Positions 55,667 through 64,000 of a DNA stretch of 64,000 nucleotides are shown in pieces. A program made the translations under genes and the position numbers. The DNA is taken from positions 984,040-1,048,039 of the forward strand of contig BOKM01000001.1 of assembly GCA_016860985.1 (NCBI GenBank). The letters are read 5' to 3'. The stretch's first letter is position 1; each line of letters starts with the position of its first letter. The DNA comes from Patescibacteria group bacterium (GTDB lineage: Bacteria > Patescibacteriota > Dojkabacteria > GCA-002793355). The notes beneath the pieces were generated by a model. The model worked only from the letters and a program-made list of their open reading frames with translations, was not told the origin of the DNA and ran no database searches.

Positions 55667-56728
55667 TTGTCCTTAACGACCTATTTTGGAAGAAAAAAGC
55701 AGGTATGGCCCTCCACTTGTTCAAGAGAATATTATATTTCTTTTGAAGATGCGTTGTGGGATTTGTTACCACGTTACGGGGTACAGAAGGGTTCAACGCT
55801 ACTGCTTCCCGATTTTTACTGTAACGATGTACTCGATAATATTAGAGCACACGGTTACAACGTTGTACTGTACCGTTTAGATAAACAACTGTTACCCGAT
55901 ATGCAGAGCTTTACGACTCTTATTGCAGAATGCAAACCAAGTGTTGTCATAGATTTCTTTGTTGCAGGCATGCCCTCTGAACGATCTAAAGAACTACAAA
56001 AACAGCTCAATCCTGACACATTATATATTTATGACTTCGTGCATGTTCTCGTTTCGCCTGTTGTTACAGAACTTCTCACACGTCCGAATACATTAATACT
56101 TACGAGTACACGCAAAGTATCACCCTACTTTGGCTCTTTGGTAATCTACAAAGACCATATTCTTGCGAGCGCAAATAAAGTACCTGTAGGTTATACAACG
56201 GTGGCAATATTAAAGTGGCTTGTGTATCTCTTGCTCTTGCGCATTTCAGTTGTTACCTCGATAACTTATTTCGCATTTCTCGCAGATTCGGTGCTCGATT
56301 CTCATGATAATCTGATTGGCGACGCGGTGAATGCTGCACCACTGCCAAAGTTCTTTCTCAATATACATGACCATCTTAACCCCGAAAAGGTGAAAGGAAT
56401 AAGATTGGCTCAATATGAAAGTTATTGGAAAGAACTTCAGAATTGCCCACAAGTTTTGATGCTAGATAGGTCAAAGGAATTTGCACCAGAATTAAGGGGA
56501 TTTCCAATTCTTATTGATAACAAATATCGAGAAAAATTTCTTAATGAATGCAAAAAACTCGGCTATTTTGCCTGGACGATGTTTGAGGACTCCACATGGA
56601 AAAATGATAAAAATTTGGTATTACTCCCGATGGGTGGAGATTTTACCTTAAAAGACATACAGAATATCTCACGAATTGTGCTGAAAGCGTTGACCACGGC
56701 CGTACAATATGATACTATTACCGCATGA
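55643..56728 (+). CDS. Hypothetical protein with a DegT/DnrJ/EryC1-like aminotransferase fold (divergent)
   Basis: TLLLPDFYCNDVLDNIRAHGYNVVLY and LTSTRKVSPYFGSLVIY are loosely similar to DegT family segments. The start is uncertain: the longer ORF overlaps the mutL 5' end. Confidence 0.4.
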   Translation: MRPYFQQQLSLTTYFGRKKQVWPSTCSREYYISFEDALWDLLPRYGVQKGSTLLLPDFYCNDVLDNIRAHGYNVVLYRLDKQLLPDMQSFTTLIAECKPSVVIDFFVAGMPSERSKELQKQLNPDTLYIYDFVHVLVSPVVTELLTRPNTLILTSTRKVSPYFGSLVIYKDHILASANKVPVGYTTVAILKWLVYLLLLRISVVTSITYFAFLADSVLDSHDNLIGDAVNAAPLPKFFLNIHDHLNPEKVKGIRLAQYESYWKELQNCPQVLMLDRSKEFAPELRGFPILIDNKYREKFLNECKKLGYFAWTMFEDSTWKNDKNLVLLPMGGDFTLKDIQNISRIVLKALTTAVQYDTITA

Positions 56729-57219
56729 ATACTGAAGTGATGAAAAAAGTCGCAACACAATTTGCTAAGGAATTTCCAGATATGGATGTACGTACCTCAG
56801 TAAGAATCGGTGATACCGTTGTTGCTCATACAAAAATTATTGTTATTAAGAAAGTCCAAAAAACTCTTACAACTGCAGAAAAGCAGGCGATGAAGAAGGC
56901 TCAAGACGCAGGGAAAGTGTTCAACGAAATGGAAAACCTTAAGTCTCAGCCCTTCCGCGGTGTTGTTGTAGCTATGAAAGGTTATGGCAATAATAAAAAG
57001 TTTGTTGTAAGAAAGATTGGTGCAGATAATGTTGGTGTCGAAAAAATCATTCCATTGTTCTCACCTGTACTTGAAAAAATAGAGATCCTTGCAAAAGGTA
57101 GCCCACGACGAGCAAAGTTGTACTACTTGCGAAATCGTGTTGGAAAGAGTGCCTTAAAGGTTAAAGAGAAAAAGACTGTTGCAGTTCCAAAAGATGCATC
57201 AGTTAACCCCGCTGCATAA
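56725..57219 (+). CDS. rplS: 50S ribosomal protein L19 (extended form)
   Basis: RIGDTVVAHTKI...FRGVVVAMKGYGNNKKFVVRKIGADNVGVEKIIPLFSPVLEKIEIL...RRAKLYYLRNRVGKSA aligns with bL19. An insertion of about 35 aa and a C-terminal extension are present. Confidence 0.75.
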   Translation: MNTEVMKKVATQFAKEFPDMDVRTSVRIGDTVVAHTKIIVIKKVQKTLTTAEKQAMKKAQDAGKVFNEMENLKSQPFRGVVVAMKGYGNNKKFVVRKIGADNVGVEKIIPLFSPVLEKIEILAKGSPRRAKLYYLRNRVGKSALKVKEKKTVAVPKDASVNPAA

Positions 57220-57819
57220 ATGCAGTATCCAGACTTCTCATTAGAATATGAACTTTTAAAGAGATACTCGATTGTTGCAGGTATTGATGAAGTTGGCAGA
57301 GGTTGTTTGGCAGGCCCCGTTGTTGCTGCAATTAGTGTTGTTACCTCAGAAAATGATTATTATTACCAAAGTGTAAGGGACTCAAAAACGTTATCTGAAA
57401 AACAACGAAACTCACTCTCACAGATATTAAAAGGGAAACTAACAGATTACGCTATTGGCACCGCAAGCGCAAAGGAAATTGACCAAATCGGTATCAGAAA
57501 GGCAACTCATAGAGCCATGCTCCGTGCCTATTGGAAACTTTCTGTTGTTCCTCAGGTAATTTTGATGGATGGCGAAAGTGCAACAATTCCAATATTTTCA
57601 AAAACATATCAATATAATTACGGCGATTTGCGTCACTACTCTATTGCTGCAGCGTCAATAATTGCAAAAGTATATAGAGATTCACTTATGCAATCACTAG
57701 AGTTACAGCAGCCTGGATATGGCTTCGATCGGCATAAAGGATATGGCACTAAATATCACTACGAAGCGCTCAAGAAATTAGGCTTAAGCAATTTGCATAG
57801 GCGTACCTTTATACATTAG
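57220..57819 (+). CDS. rnhB: Ribonuclease HII
   Basis: GIDEVGRGCLAGPVVAA (DEVGRG catalytic motif). Confidence 0.9.
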   Translation: MQYPDFSLEYELLKRYSIVAGIDEVGRGCLAGPVVAAISVVTSENDYYYQSVRDSKTLSEKQRNSLSQILKGKLTDYAIGTASAKEIDQIGIRKATHRAMLRAYWKLSVVPQVILMDGESATIPIFSKTYQYNYGDLRHYSIAAASIIAKVYRDSLMQSLELQQPGYGFDRHKGYGTKYHYEALKKLGLSNLHRRTFIH

Positions 57820-57847
57820 TCATTTTCTTGCATTTAAACTTAGTACA

Positions 57848-58186
57848 GTGAAATGTACTGTTTCAGAGACTGGGAAACTTGGTCAAAGAGTGGTTGAATC
57901 ACTTCTTTTAAAAAACGGGTATTGTTGTATTCAGCCAAACGTGAGAAAAGGTAAGTATGAATTCGATATAATCGCAAATAAGGGAGGTACACGGGCCATT
58001 TTCGAAGTACGAACGACCACCAAATCGCGATTACCCTTTGAAATATTCCCCCCTCTTAAGATTCTTACAGTCTTAGCCGGAGCACATCAATACTATCCAA
58101 GTGCAGTAGTTATTTTTGTACACGTTCTATATCAACTACAGAACGTCACAAAAATATCATGGTACTCAAGTCAAGATTTACTTTGA
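57848..58186 (+). CDS. yraN: UPF0102/YraN-family predicted endonuclease
   Basis: GELGQRVVESLLLKNGYCCIQPNVR...GEFDIIA...AIFEVRTT follows the YraN pattern. Conserved rnhB-yraN adjacency. Confidence 0.6.
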   Translation: MKCTVSETGKLGQRVVESLLLKNGYCCIQPNVRKGKYEFDIIANKGGTRAIFEVRTTTKSRLPFEIFPPLKILTVLAGAHQYYPSAVVIFVHVLYQLQNVTKISWYSSQDLL

Positions 58187-58193
58187 TGCGAGA

Positions 58194-60500
58194 CTACTGC
58201 GCCTGTGTTGGTGTCGGGGTTACCGTCACTGTTGGCGTTACAGTCTTTGTTGCTGCTGGTGGTTTCGTTTGAGTTGAGGATTGCTTCAATTTGTTAACTT
58301 CCTCAATTCTCTTATCAGCCAAAGAGGTAATTTGTTTCTTTTCGTCTGTGGTCATACTTTGAGAATCTGCAGCTTCTTTTTTGATTGCCTCAAACGCTTT
58401 AATCGCACCATCGTAATTTTGTTCTCGCGCAAGCATAATGCCGTCGATAAACTGTATTTGGAATGGTGTTCCAACTAACTGTTTGAGTATTGCAAGCTTT
58501 GACTTAATCTCGTTGTTAATTTGAGCGTCGTTGCCGAGTCGCAAGAGTACATCAACATAGAGATAGTTTGCGTCAATTGAATACTGATTAACTGCAAGCG
58601 CATTTCGAACACTTTGCACAGCAAGAGTATAAAGGCTAGTCGATTTCTCGTCGTCTGCAATGCCTCGGTAAGCTTGCGATACTGTGAGCCAGTAGTCGTA
58701 ACGAACAGAGTTTTTACTAAGTAGATCTGTTACAGATTGGAGCATCATGTTGCGAACTTGTCGGAGTTCCTGCGAAGTATTCCTTTGCTCTTCGGTAAGT
58801 CCGTTGTAAAGGTCACTTGTTCCAAGAAGCGTACTTAATGAGAGGTAGGATAATTGTGCGCAATCTTTACAGTATCTTCTGTATGCAGATGATAGTGAGT
58901 ATGCGTCACTATATGTTTGTAGGGCAGCTGTATCTTTTTTGGTGACTTGCTGACGTGCAACTGCATAACGCTGAATTGCTTTTGCATAGCCGACCATTGT
59001 CATTGATGGAGTTACTAAAGTTGTAAACATCACAACAGCGTAAAGTACAGCAGCTCCGAAGAGGATATTACCTGCCATTGAGCTTGATTTGTTTGTATAG
59101 GTAGATTCTTTAATATCTACTGCCCTAACTGAAGGAAGAAGCTCTGGCAAAGCTTCCACTTTGTCGAAGAATGCTGCAATTGCAACAAATAGAATTACCA
59201 ATACTGCTAGTGAAGATGGGCCGACAAGTAGCGCGCCAATAGAGATAAGAATTACAGATACTTCTGGTAGTAGTGAGCTTTTTGAAGAAGCATTCTTAAA
59301 TGCCATGATAAGAGTAACAACCAAGGCTGCGAACACAAGTACACCAAGTGCGCCATGCTCTAGGAATAACTCTGAAACGAATGTGTTTGGCTTGAAGAAG
59401 AAGGTATCGTTGCCATACTGCTGTGCGCTTGCGATTGGTCGGTATTGCATATAAAGATAAGGGAATGTACCTACACCAAAACCAACTAATTGACGCCACA
59501 TTGGAGTGCTGGAATTCAAGAAGCTTTGCTGGATAATGCTGTTCGATGATTCGGCAGAAATCGCAATAGATTTTGCATCTCCTATAATACCTGCTTTCCA
59601 CCAAATACCACCAAGTAGTGTTGCGAAAGCCATCACAATCGCAAGTACAGTTCCAAACATTTTGATTTGCGACGATTTTTGAGTCATAACGAGGGAAGCA
59701 ATAATTGCGGCAACTACAACAAATACTACAATGGTGAGTAAGATTGGGGTAAAGGTTAAGAAGAAGACGTAGGAAGTAGTGATGGCAAGGAATAAGCCGA
59801 CAATACCTCTTCTGTAAATTTCTACAGTTAATTCTGCACCCTTTTTATAGACCATTGAAAATTGCCATGCTGCAATAACTAGAGCAATGATATGGATGAT
59901 TGTTGCTTGCTGTGCGCCACCTAACAATCCGGCTGGTGAGGCAGTTAAGAATGTGAAGTATTGTGAATATGATCCGAGTAATTTGTCATATACTGAAGTT
60001 GGAAGTAGATAACTCGCAAGTGATAGAAAATCAATAACAACAAGTGCAACAGGCAGAACAGAAAGTATACGCGAAACAGCCAATTCAAGCGATAGACCTG
60101 CGAGCTTCAAGACGAAATACATTACAACAACTGAAAATAGTACAAGAAAGCTTGAGCTAAAGGATAAATCATAGCCAAAGAGTGAATCTATTGGGGAAGC
60201 CGAAAGTATATACGAGAGTACAAAAACTCCTCCTAGCGCGGCAATCAGTGTGTTTGCTGTTGTTGCCGAGTAAAACACCATTCTCTTTTCTGCGAAAATG
60301 CGATAGGCAACATAAACAGCGAATAAGGCTACCCATACGACCAGAAAGAGGCTTCGTGCAAAGGTATATGTTGCAGAAGATGGAAGTTGCACAGCAGGGA
60401 TAAGTACTCCGAACCAGAGCAAAAGTGAAAAGACATCAAAAGAGTCTAATCGAGGAATTTGAATGCTAAGTGGCTTCTTTTTGGCGTTTGTGTTTGCCAT
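58194..60500 (-). CDS. Polytopic membrane protein, O-antigen ligase/Wzy_C-like, with a C-terminal TPR-like region
   Basis: About 12 TM helices plus a large loop. The C-terminal 300 aa are helical repeats. Thr-Pro tail. Confidence 0.5.
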   Translation of the reverse strand: MANTNAKKKPLSIQIPRLDSFDVFSLLLWFGVLIPAVQLPSSATYTFARSLFLVVWVALFAVYVAYRIFAEKRMVFYSATTANTLIAALGGVFVLSYILSASPIDSLFGYDLSFSSSFLVLFSVVVMYFVLKLAGLSLELAVSRILSVLPVALVVIDFLSLASYLLPTSVYDKLLGSYSQYFTFLTASPAGLLGGAQQATIIHIIALVIAAWQFSMVYKKGAELTVEIYRRGIVGLFLAITTSYVFFLTFTPILLTIVVFVVVAAIIASLVMTQKSSQIKMFGTVLAIVMAFATLLGGIWWKAGIIGDAKSIAISAESSNSIIQQSFLNSSTPMWRQLVGFGVGTFPYLYMQYRPIASAQQYGNDTFFFKPNTFVSELFLEHGALGVLVFAALVVTLIMAFKNASSKSSLLPEVSVILISIGALLVGPSSLAVLVILFVAIAAFFDKVEALPELLPSVRAVDIKESTYTNKSSSMAGNILFGAAVLYAVVMFTTLVTPSMTMVGYAKAIQRYAVARQQVTKKDTAALQTYSDAYSLSSAYRRYCKDCAQLSYLSLSTLLGTSDLYNGLTEEQRNTSQELRQVRNMMLQSVTDLLSKNSVRYDYWLTVSQAYRGIADDEKSTSLYTLAVQSVRNALAVNQYSIDANYLYVDVLLRLGNDAQINNEIKSKLAILKQLVGTPFQIQFIDGIMLAREQNYDGAIKAFEAIKKEAADSQSMTTDEKKQITSLADKRIEEVNKLKQSSTQTKPPAATKTVTPTVTVTPTPTQAQ

Positions 60501-61353
60501 GCGGGCGAGAATTAAACTTATTGTTTCTTAATCGTGACAGTATAGCAGAAATAATAATAACCATACCAATACAAGCAAAGGCGAATCCCCAACCAATAAC
60601 AATATACGACGTATCTTGCTTGTGAGAATAGATTGAAAGATCATCACCCAAAAGCGAAAAGGTTGAGGTTAACGTTGCGTTTGTCATAAAGCTCGATTCT
60701 ACAGTTTCAGGGATTTGATAATTTACTGAAAGTGACTCGCCTGGAAGAAGCAAAAGGTTCGATTTTTTAGCATCTTGGTACAGCGTCAAATAGGGAGGGA
60801 TTTTTTCAGTTAGCTGCAAAAGCAAATTCGCCTTTACAGGAACTTGCGCCGTGTTTGTTAGTGTTGTTGCGCATTGAACGGTGGTATTAGAATTAAACGA
60901 AAACGAAGGAGTACATTGCAAGGGAGATAGCTGCAATGAGTTGCTCAATGTTCCGAGTACTGCAGAGTCAGAACTATTTCGAAGTTCACCCAGGTTTGTG
61001 TAATCGAAAAGAGGGATAAAAAACTGTTGCTTGGTACTTACGTTTATCTCGTTTCCCTGCGGAATAATTAATTTAATCGCTAAAAATGAACTCTTTTCTT
61101 TAAGACAAGCAAAGGACTCTGGTGAATAATCAATCGTTATTTTGTACGATTCAGCATCAACTCGATTGATATGGAGAGCGTTAATAAAAAGATCACTCGG
61201 GCACTCCTTTTCTGTTAATGACTCACCTTTTTTTGTAATAGCAACTATAGAGAAATTCTGTGTAGTAAGGGTTACGCCTTTCGCATTATTAATTGTAATT
61301 TGTTGTGCCTGCGATTTGTCTGTAAATCTAATAAACGATGGGGAAAGTTTCAT
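60466..61353 (-). CDS. Hypothetical protein with a C-terminal TM anchor
   Basis: 295-aa ORF. C-terminus IVIGWGFAFACIGMVIIISAILSRLRNNK. Overlaps the downstream gene by 35 nt. Confidence 0.45.
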   Translation of the reverse strand: MKLSPSFIRFTDKSQAQQITINNAKGVTLTTQNFSIVAITKKGESLTEKECPSDLFINALHINRVDAESYKITIDYSPESFACLKEKSSFLAIKLIIPQGNEINVSTKQQFFIPLFDYTNLGELRNSSDSAVLGTLSNSLQLSPLQCTPSFSFNSNTTVQCATTLTNTAQVPVKANLLLQLTEKIPPYLTLYQDAKKSNLLLLPGESLSVNYQIPETVESSFMTNATLTSTFSLLGDDLSIYSHKQDTSYIVIGWGFAFACIGMVIIISAILSRLRNNKFNSRPHGKHKRQKEAT

Positions 61354-61356
61354 AAA

Positions 61357-62583
61357 CTACCAGCCTCCTACTGCTGAAAATGATAACTGGTCAGTATAAT
61401 CGGAAACTGAAGGTGCAGTAAGTGCTGCTCGTGCCCCAAGTGTATAAAGAATTCTTCCATTATCTATCCATGTAGGAGTATCTACGGTACAAATTCCTGA
61501 AGACGAAACTAAAGAACATGCTGCGAGTGTGTGTGATAAGGAGGATACGGCACCCACACTACTTCCTGCAACATCATAGGTACTACCAGAAATCATATAA
61601 CCTTGTGAGCTACCGGATTGTGAAGCGTTCGTTTTTTGCAAACCGAAACCATCTTGGCTTGCCGGATTACTTAAGTCTTCACTTGAGCTTTGGAGCGTGT
61701 AATTTGTTGAGGTACTCCGTAGACCGCTGAATTGATCTCTGACATATAAAGCTACTCCTGCTTGCGCATTGGTTGATACCTCTAGTTTAATCCGCTGCGT
61801 TGTTAAAAACTTAGGGGTTTCCGGATTTAATGCTCCAAAATCCACCGTATAAGGAGCATTACTGTTAGCGTTTAAGTCTGCACCGATATCTATATCAAAT
61901 GAGAGTGTTGGTAAAGTGGTAGTCGCTGTTTTTGAGGGGCCTGGTAGAGTTTCTGTAAAATCGCCGTGTAATGCGGTCGCTCTTATTTTGTATTCGGTAT
62001 TGGGACTCAGGTTCATAAGGTTAGCACTGTTCCATGGTGTACTCTCCCACTGAGATTTTGTACGGTAGTCGCCAATAACTTTACTCGAATACGCTTTTAG
62101 TTGATGTGTCGTACCATCAACAACATAGATGGTCGACCAGTTATCTTTTGAAACTTGAATCGAATAAAGTGTATCGGCTGGGTTTCCTTGTGTATCGATT
62201 TGGAACATTGCTCTATCGTAGCAACCTCCCAAACCGCATTCTCCAACCATACCGTTGCCAGCGGGTAGTCCAACGCAGGTTGTTGTTCCTGAGTCTGTAG
62301 TTGTTTCGAAGCAGGTAAGCTTGGGCACATTGGCCATAAAAGTATATCCTTGTCCCGAACCGATTTTGTAAAGTGTTGAAGAAATTTGCCCGAACTCTAG
62401 CCCATTGCCACCCTGGACGAGTGACTTGTAATTTGTCGAACTCGCACTCCCCGCTACTGAGGATAGTTCTGGATCGATAAGTGTGTAATTGGTCGAATTA
62501 AGGTTCTCAGAAGCAACAGGATAAGACAAAAGGAGAGCGGCAACCACAAGTCCTGTAAGAAATAAACGTAGCTTCATATACAA
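61357..62583 (-). CDS. Secreted hypothetical protein (signal peptide)
   Basis: MKLRLFLTGLVVAALLLSYPVAS signal. Ser/Thr-rich. First gene of a three-gene minus-strand operon ending with the Wzy-like protein. Confidence 0.5.
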   Translation of the reverse strand: MYMKLRLFLTGLVVAALLLSYPVASENLNSTNYTLIDPELSSVAGSASSTNYKSLVQGGNGLEFGQISSTLYKIGSGQGYTFMANVPKLTCFETTTDSGTTTCVGLPAGNGMVGECGLGGCYDRAMFQIDTQGNPADTLYSIQVSKDNWSTIYVVDGTTHQLKAYSSKVIGDYRTKSQWESTPWNSANLMNLSPNTEYKIRATALHGDFTETLPGPSKTATTTLPTLSFDIDIGADLNANSNAPYTVDFGALNPETPKFLTTQRIKLEVSTNAQAGVALYVRDQFSGLRSTSTNYTLQSSSEDLSNPASQDGFGLQKTNASQSGSSQGYMISGSTYDVAGSSVGAVSSLSHTLAACSLVSSSGICTVDTPTWIDNGRILYTLGARAALTAPSVSDYTDQLSFSAVGGW

Positions 62584-62604
62584 ATTATCCTACCATATTG
62601 GAGC

Positions 62605-63048
62605 GTGATATTATACAAAGTAATGAATCAACAATTTACTAAACTACGAATAAATACAGATGGCGGATCACGTAATAACCCAGGGCATGCAGCAATAGGT
62701 TTTGTGATTGCAACACTTGAGGGTGAAACTCTCGCAGCAGAAAAAAAGTATATCGGTATTGCGACAAATAACGAAGCTGAATATCAAGCAATGCTGTCTG
62801 GATTAACTCATGTACGAAACTTCTTTCCTCAGTGCCAAGAGATAGAGATTTATGCAGATAGTGAACTAATGATTAAACAGCTTATCGGTGAATACAAAAT
62901 TAGAGAAGAGCATTTAAAGCGTTTTGCCGAAGCAATTAAAGTCCTCCTTCGTGAATTTAGTGTCGCGAACTTACACCATGTACTCAGAACAAACAATAAA
63001 GCTGCAGACAAATTGGTGAATACCGCCCTGGATGAAAGGCAGTTGTAG
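62605..63048 (+). CDS. Ribonuclease H (type 1) family protein
   Basis: NTDGGSRNNPGHAAIGFVI, NNEAEYQAM, IYADSELMIKQL (DEDD catalytic residues). Confidence 0.7.
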   Translation: MILYKVMNQQFTKLRINTDGGSRNNPGHAAIGFVIATLEGETLAAEKKYIGIATNNEAEYQAMLSGLTHVRNFFPQCQEIEIYADSELMIKQLIGEYKIREEHLKRFAEAIKVLLREFSVANLHHVLRTNNKAADKLVNTALDERQL

Positions 63049-63085
63049 CAATTGCCTCTGAGCAGAAACCAGAGTAAAATGGGGA

Positions 63086-63919
63086 ATGCAGCGCAAAAGG
63101 CTATTGAATATCACGACTTTGGTTACGGATTTATTTCTCAACGTAACTTCTTCAAAAGAAAAAGCACTAGTAGGCAGAAATATCTCAGACTTGATACTTT
63201 TAAAACCAGTTGGTTTTAGAAAACGCCTTCTTGCAATGAAAACAGGTAAGATTATTCAAGATGAACTGATCTTTATCATTGATGATACTCCCAAACGTTA
63301 TTCAATGGTTGTTCGCAAAGGGAATGCAAAATTCATTTTTGTTCTTATAGAACTTGAACGAGTATACGCATTAATGGAAAATGTGGCGTTATATAGAAAA
63401 TACGCATTCACCGACAATCTAACAGGTGCGCTTACTCGACACGGATACTGGAACGAGTTATTTGAACTACTCCATTACGCGGAAAAGGCAGGTCACAACA
63501 TTGGAATCATCTTCGCAGATATCGATAATCTCAAAAAGATGAATTCAGATTATGGCTACAAAGGAGGAGACGCCCAAATCGCAGAGGTGAGCAAAACACT
63601 ACGCCAAGCACTTCGTAAACAAGACTTGCTTGTGAGGCTTGGGGGCGATGAGTTTCTCGCACTCATGCCAATGAGAGCAAATGACCCACTCCAATTAGAA
63701 AAAATCGCTAACAGAATGCTTGTTGCAACTCGAAGAAACAAAGAACTTAAAACAACAATTTCGATTGGTCTTCAATTTATTACTACGGAGGCAATAACCA
63801 AAATCCTAAACAGTAAAGATGTTAAAAAATCCTGGGATTCGTATCTAGATATTGTTGACGAAAAAATCAGAATTGCCAAAAAGTCTGGAAAAAACGAGTT
63901 TATTTCCTCGCTCGCTTAA
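63086..63919 (+). CDS. GGDEF domain protein (putative diguanylate cyclase)
   Basis: RLGGDEFLALM GGDEF motif and RHGYWNE. The N-terminal region is an uncharacterised sensor. Confidence 0.8.
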   Translation: MQRKRLLNITTLVTDLFLNVTSSKEKALVGRNISDLILLKPVGFRKRLLAMKTGKIIQDELIFIIDDTPKRYSMVVRKGNAKFIFVLIELERVYALMENVALYRKYAFTDNLTGALTRHGYWNELFELLHYAEKAGHNIGIIFADIDNLKKMNSDYGYKGGDAQIAEVSKTLRQALRKQDLLVRLGGDEFLALMPMRANDPLQLEKIANRMLVATRRNKELKTTISIGLQFITTEAITKILNSKDVKKSWDSYLDIVDEKIRIAKKSGKNEFISSLA

Positions 63920-64000
63920 ATAAAACAGTAAAAATATTTAAGCCATCTTGACTGGTTACAGAGATTCTTCCTCCTAAATCATCAACAATTTTTTTGACTA

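Noticed and set aside
1-64000. CRISPR arrays, integrases, transposases or insertion sequences
   Set aside because: No regularly spaced direct repeats and no recombinase or transposase-like ORFs were recognised anywhere in the window, including inside the two tRNA-bounded segments.

Overview
This is an AT-rich bacterial window. Its gene content fits a Patescibacteria/CPR-like organism (inference): a form II/III RuBisCO, a type IV pilus-like cluster, and many small secreted or membrane-anchored hypothetical proteins. Five tRNAs are present: Trp, Gly, Val, Pro and Leu. Core housekeeping genes include the 5' part of secE, typA, rarA, mutL, rplS, rnhB, yraN, an RNase H and a GGDEF protein. Two tRNA-associated accessory segments stand out. 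(1) Positions 1274-18175 form a co-directional block of about 17 kb on the + strand. It starts at the 3' end of tRNA-Gly and ends at an exact 17-nt direct repeat of that 3' end. It carries two P1B-type metal ATPases, CopZ, a DUF305 protein, cupredoxin-like and HMA fusion proteins, three DsbA-like proteins and a cysteine desulfurase-like protein. It also carries two paralogous BlaI/CopY-like repressor plus BlaR1-like M56 peptidase pairs, and the five operon starts are preceded by conserved inverted-repeat operators of the cop-box type. (2) Positions 50117-53570 form a more AT-rich segment of about 3.4 kb. It ends at the 3' end of tRNA-Pro, starts at a 19-nt direct repeat of that 3' end, and encodes a C5-cytosine methyltransferase translationally coupled to a GHKL (MORC/HSP90-like) ATPase. 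This is a candidate restriction-modification or defense locus. Other notable items are an ATP-grasp-SET fusion, a TrmB-HTH-aldo/keto reductase fusion upstream of RuBisCO, a bPH-AlbA_2 membrane protein, and a Thr-Pro tandem-repeat surface protein. No CRISPR array or recognisable integrase/transposase was found.
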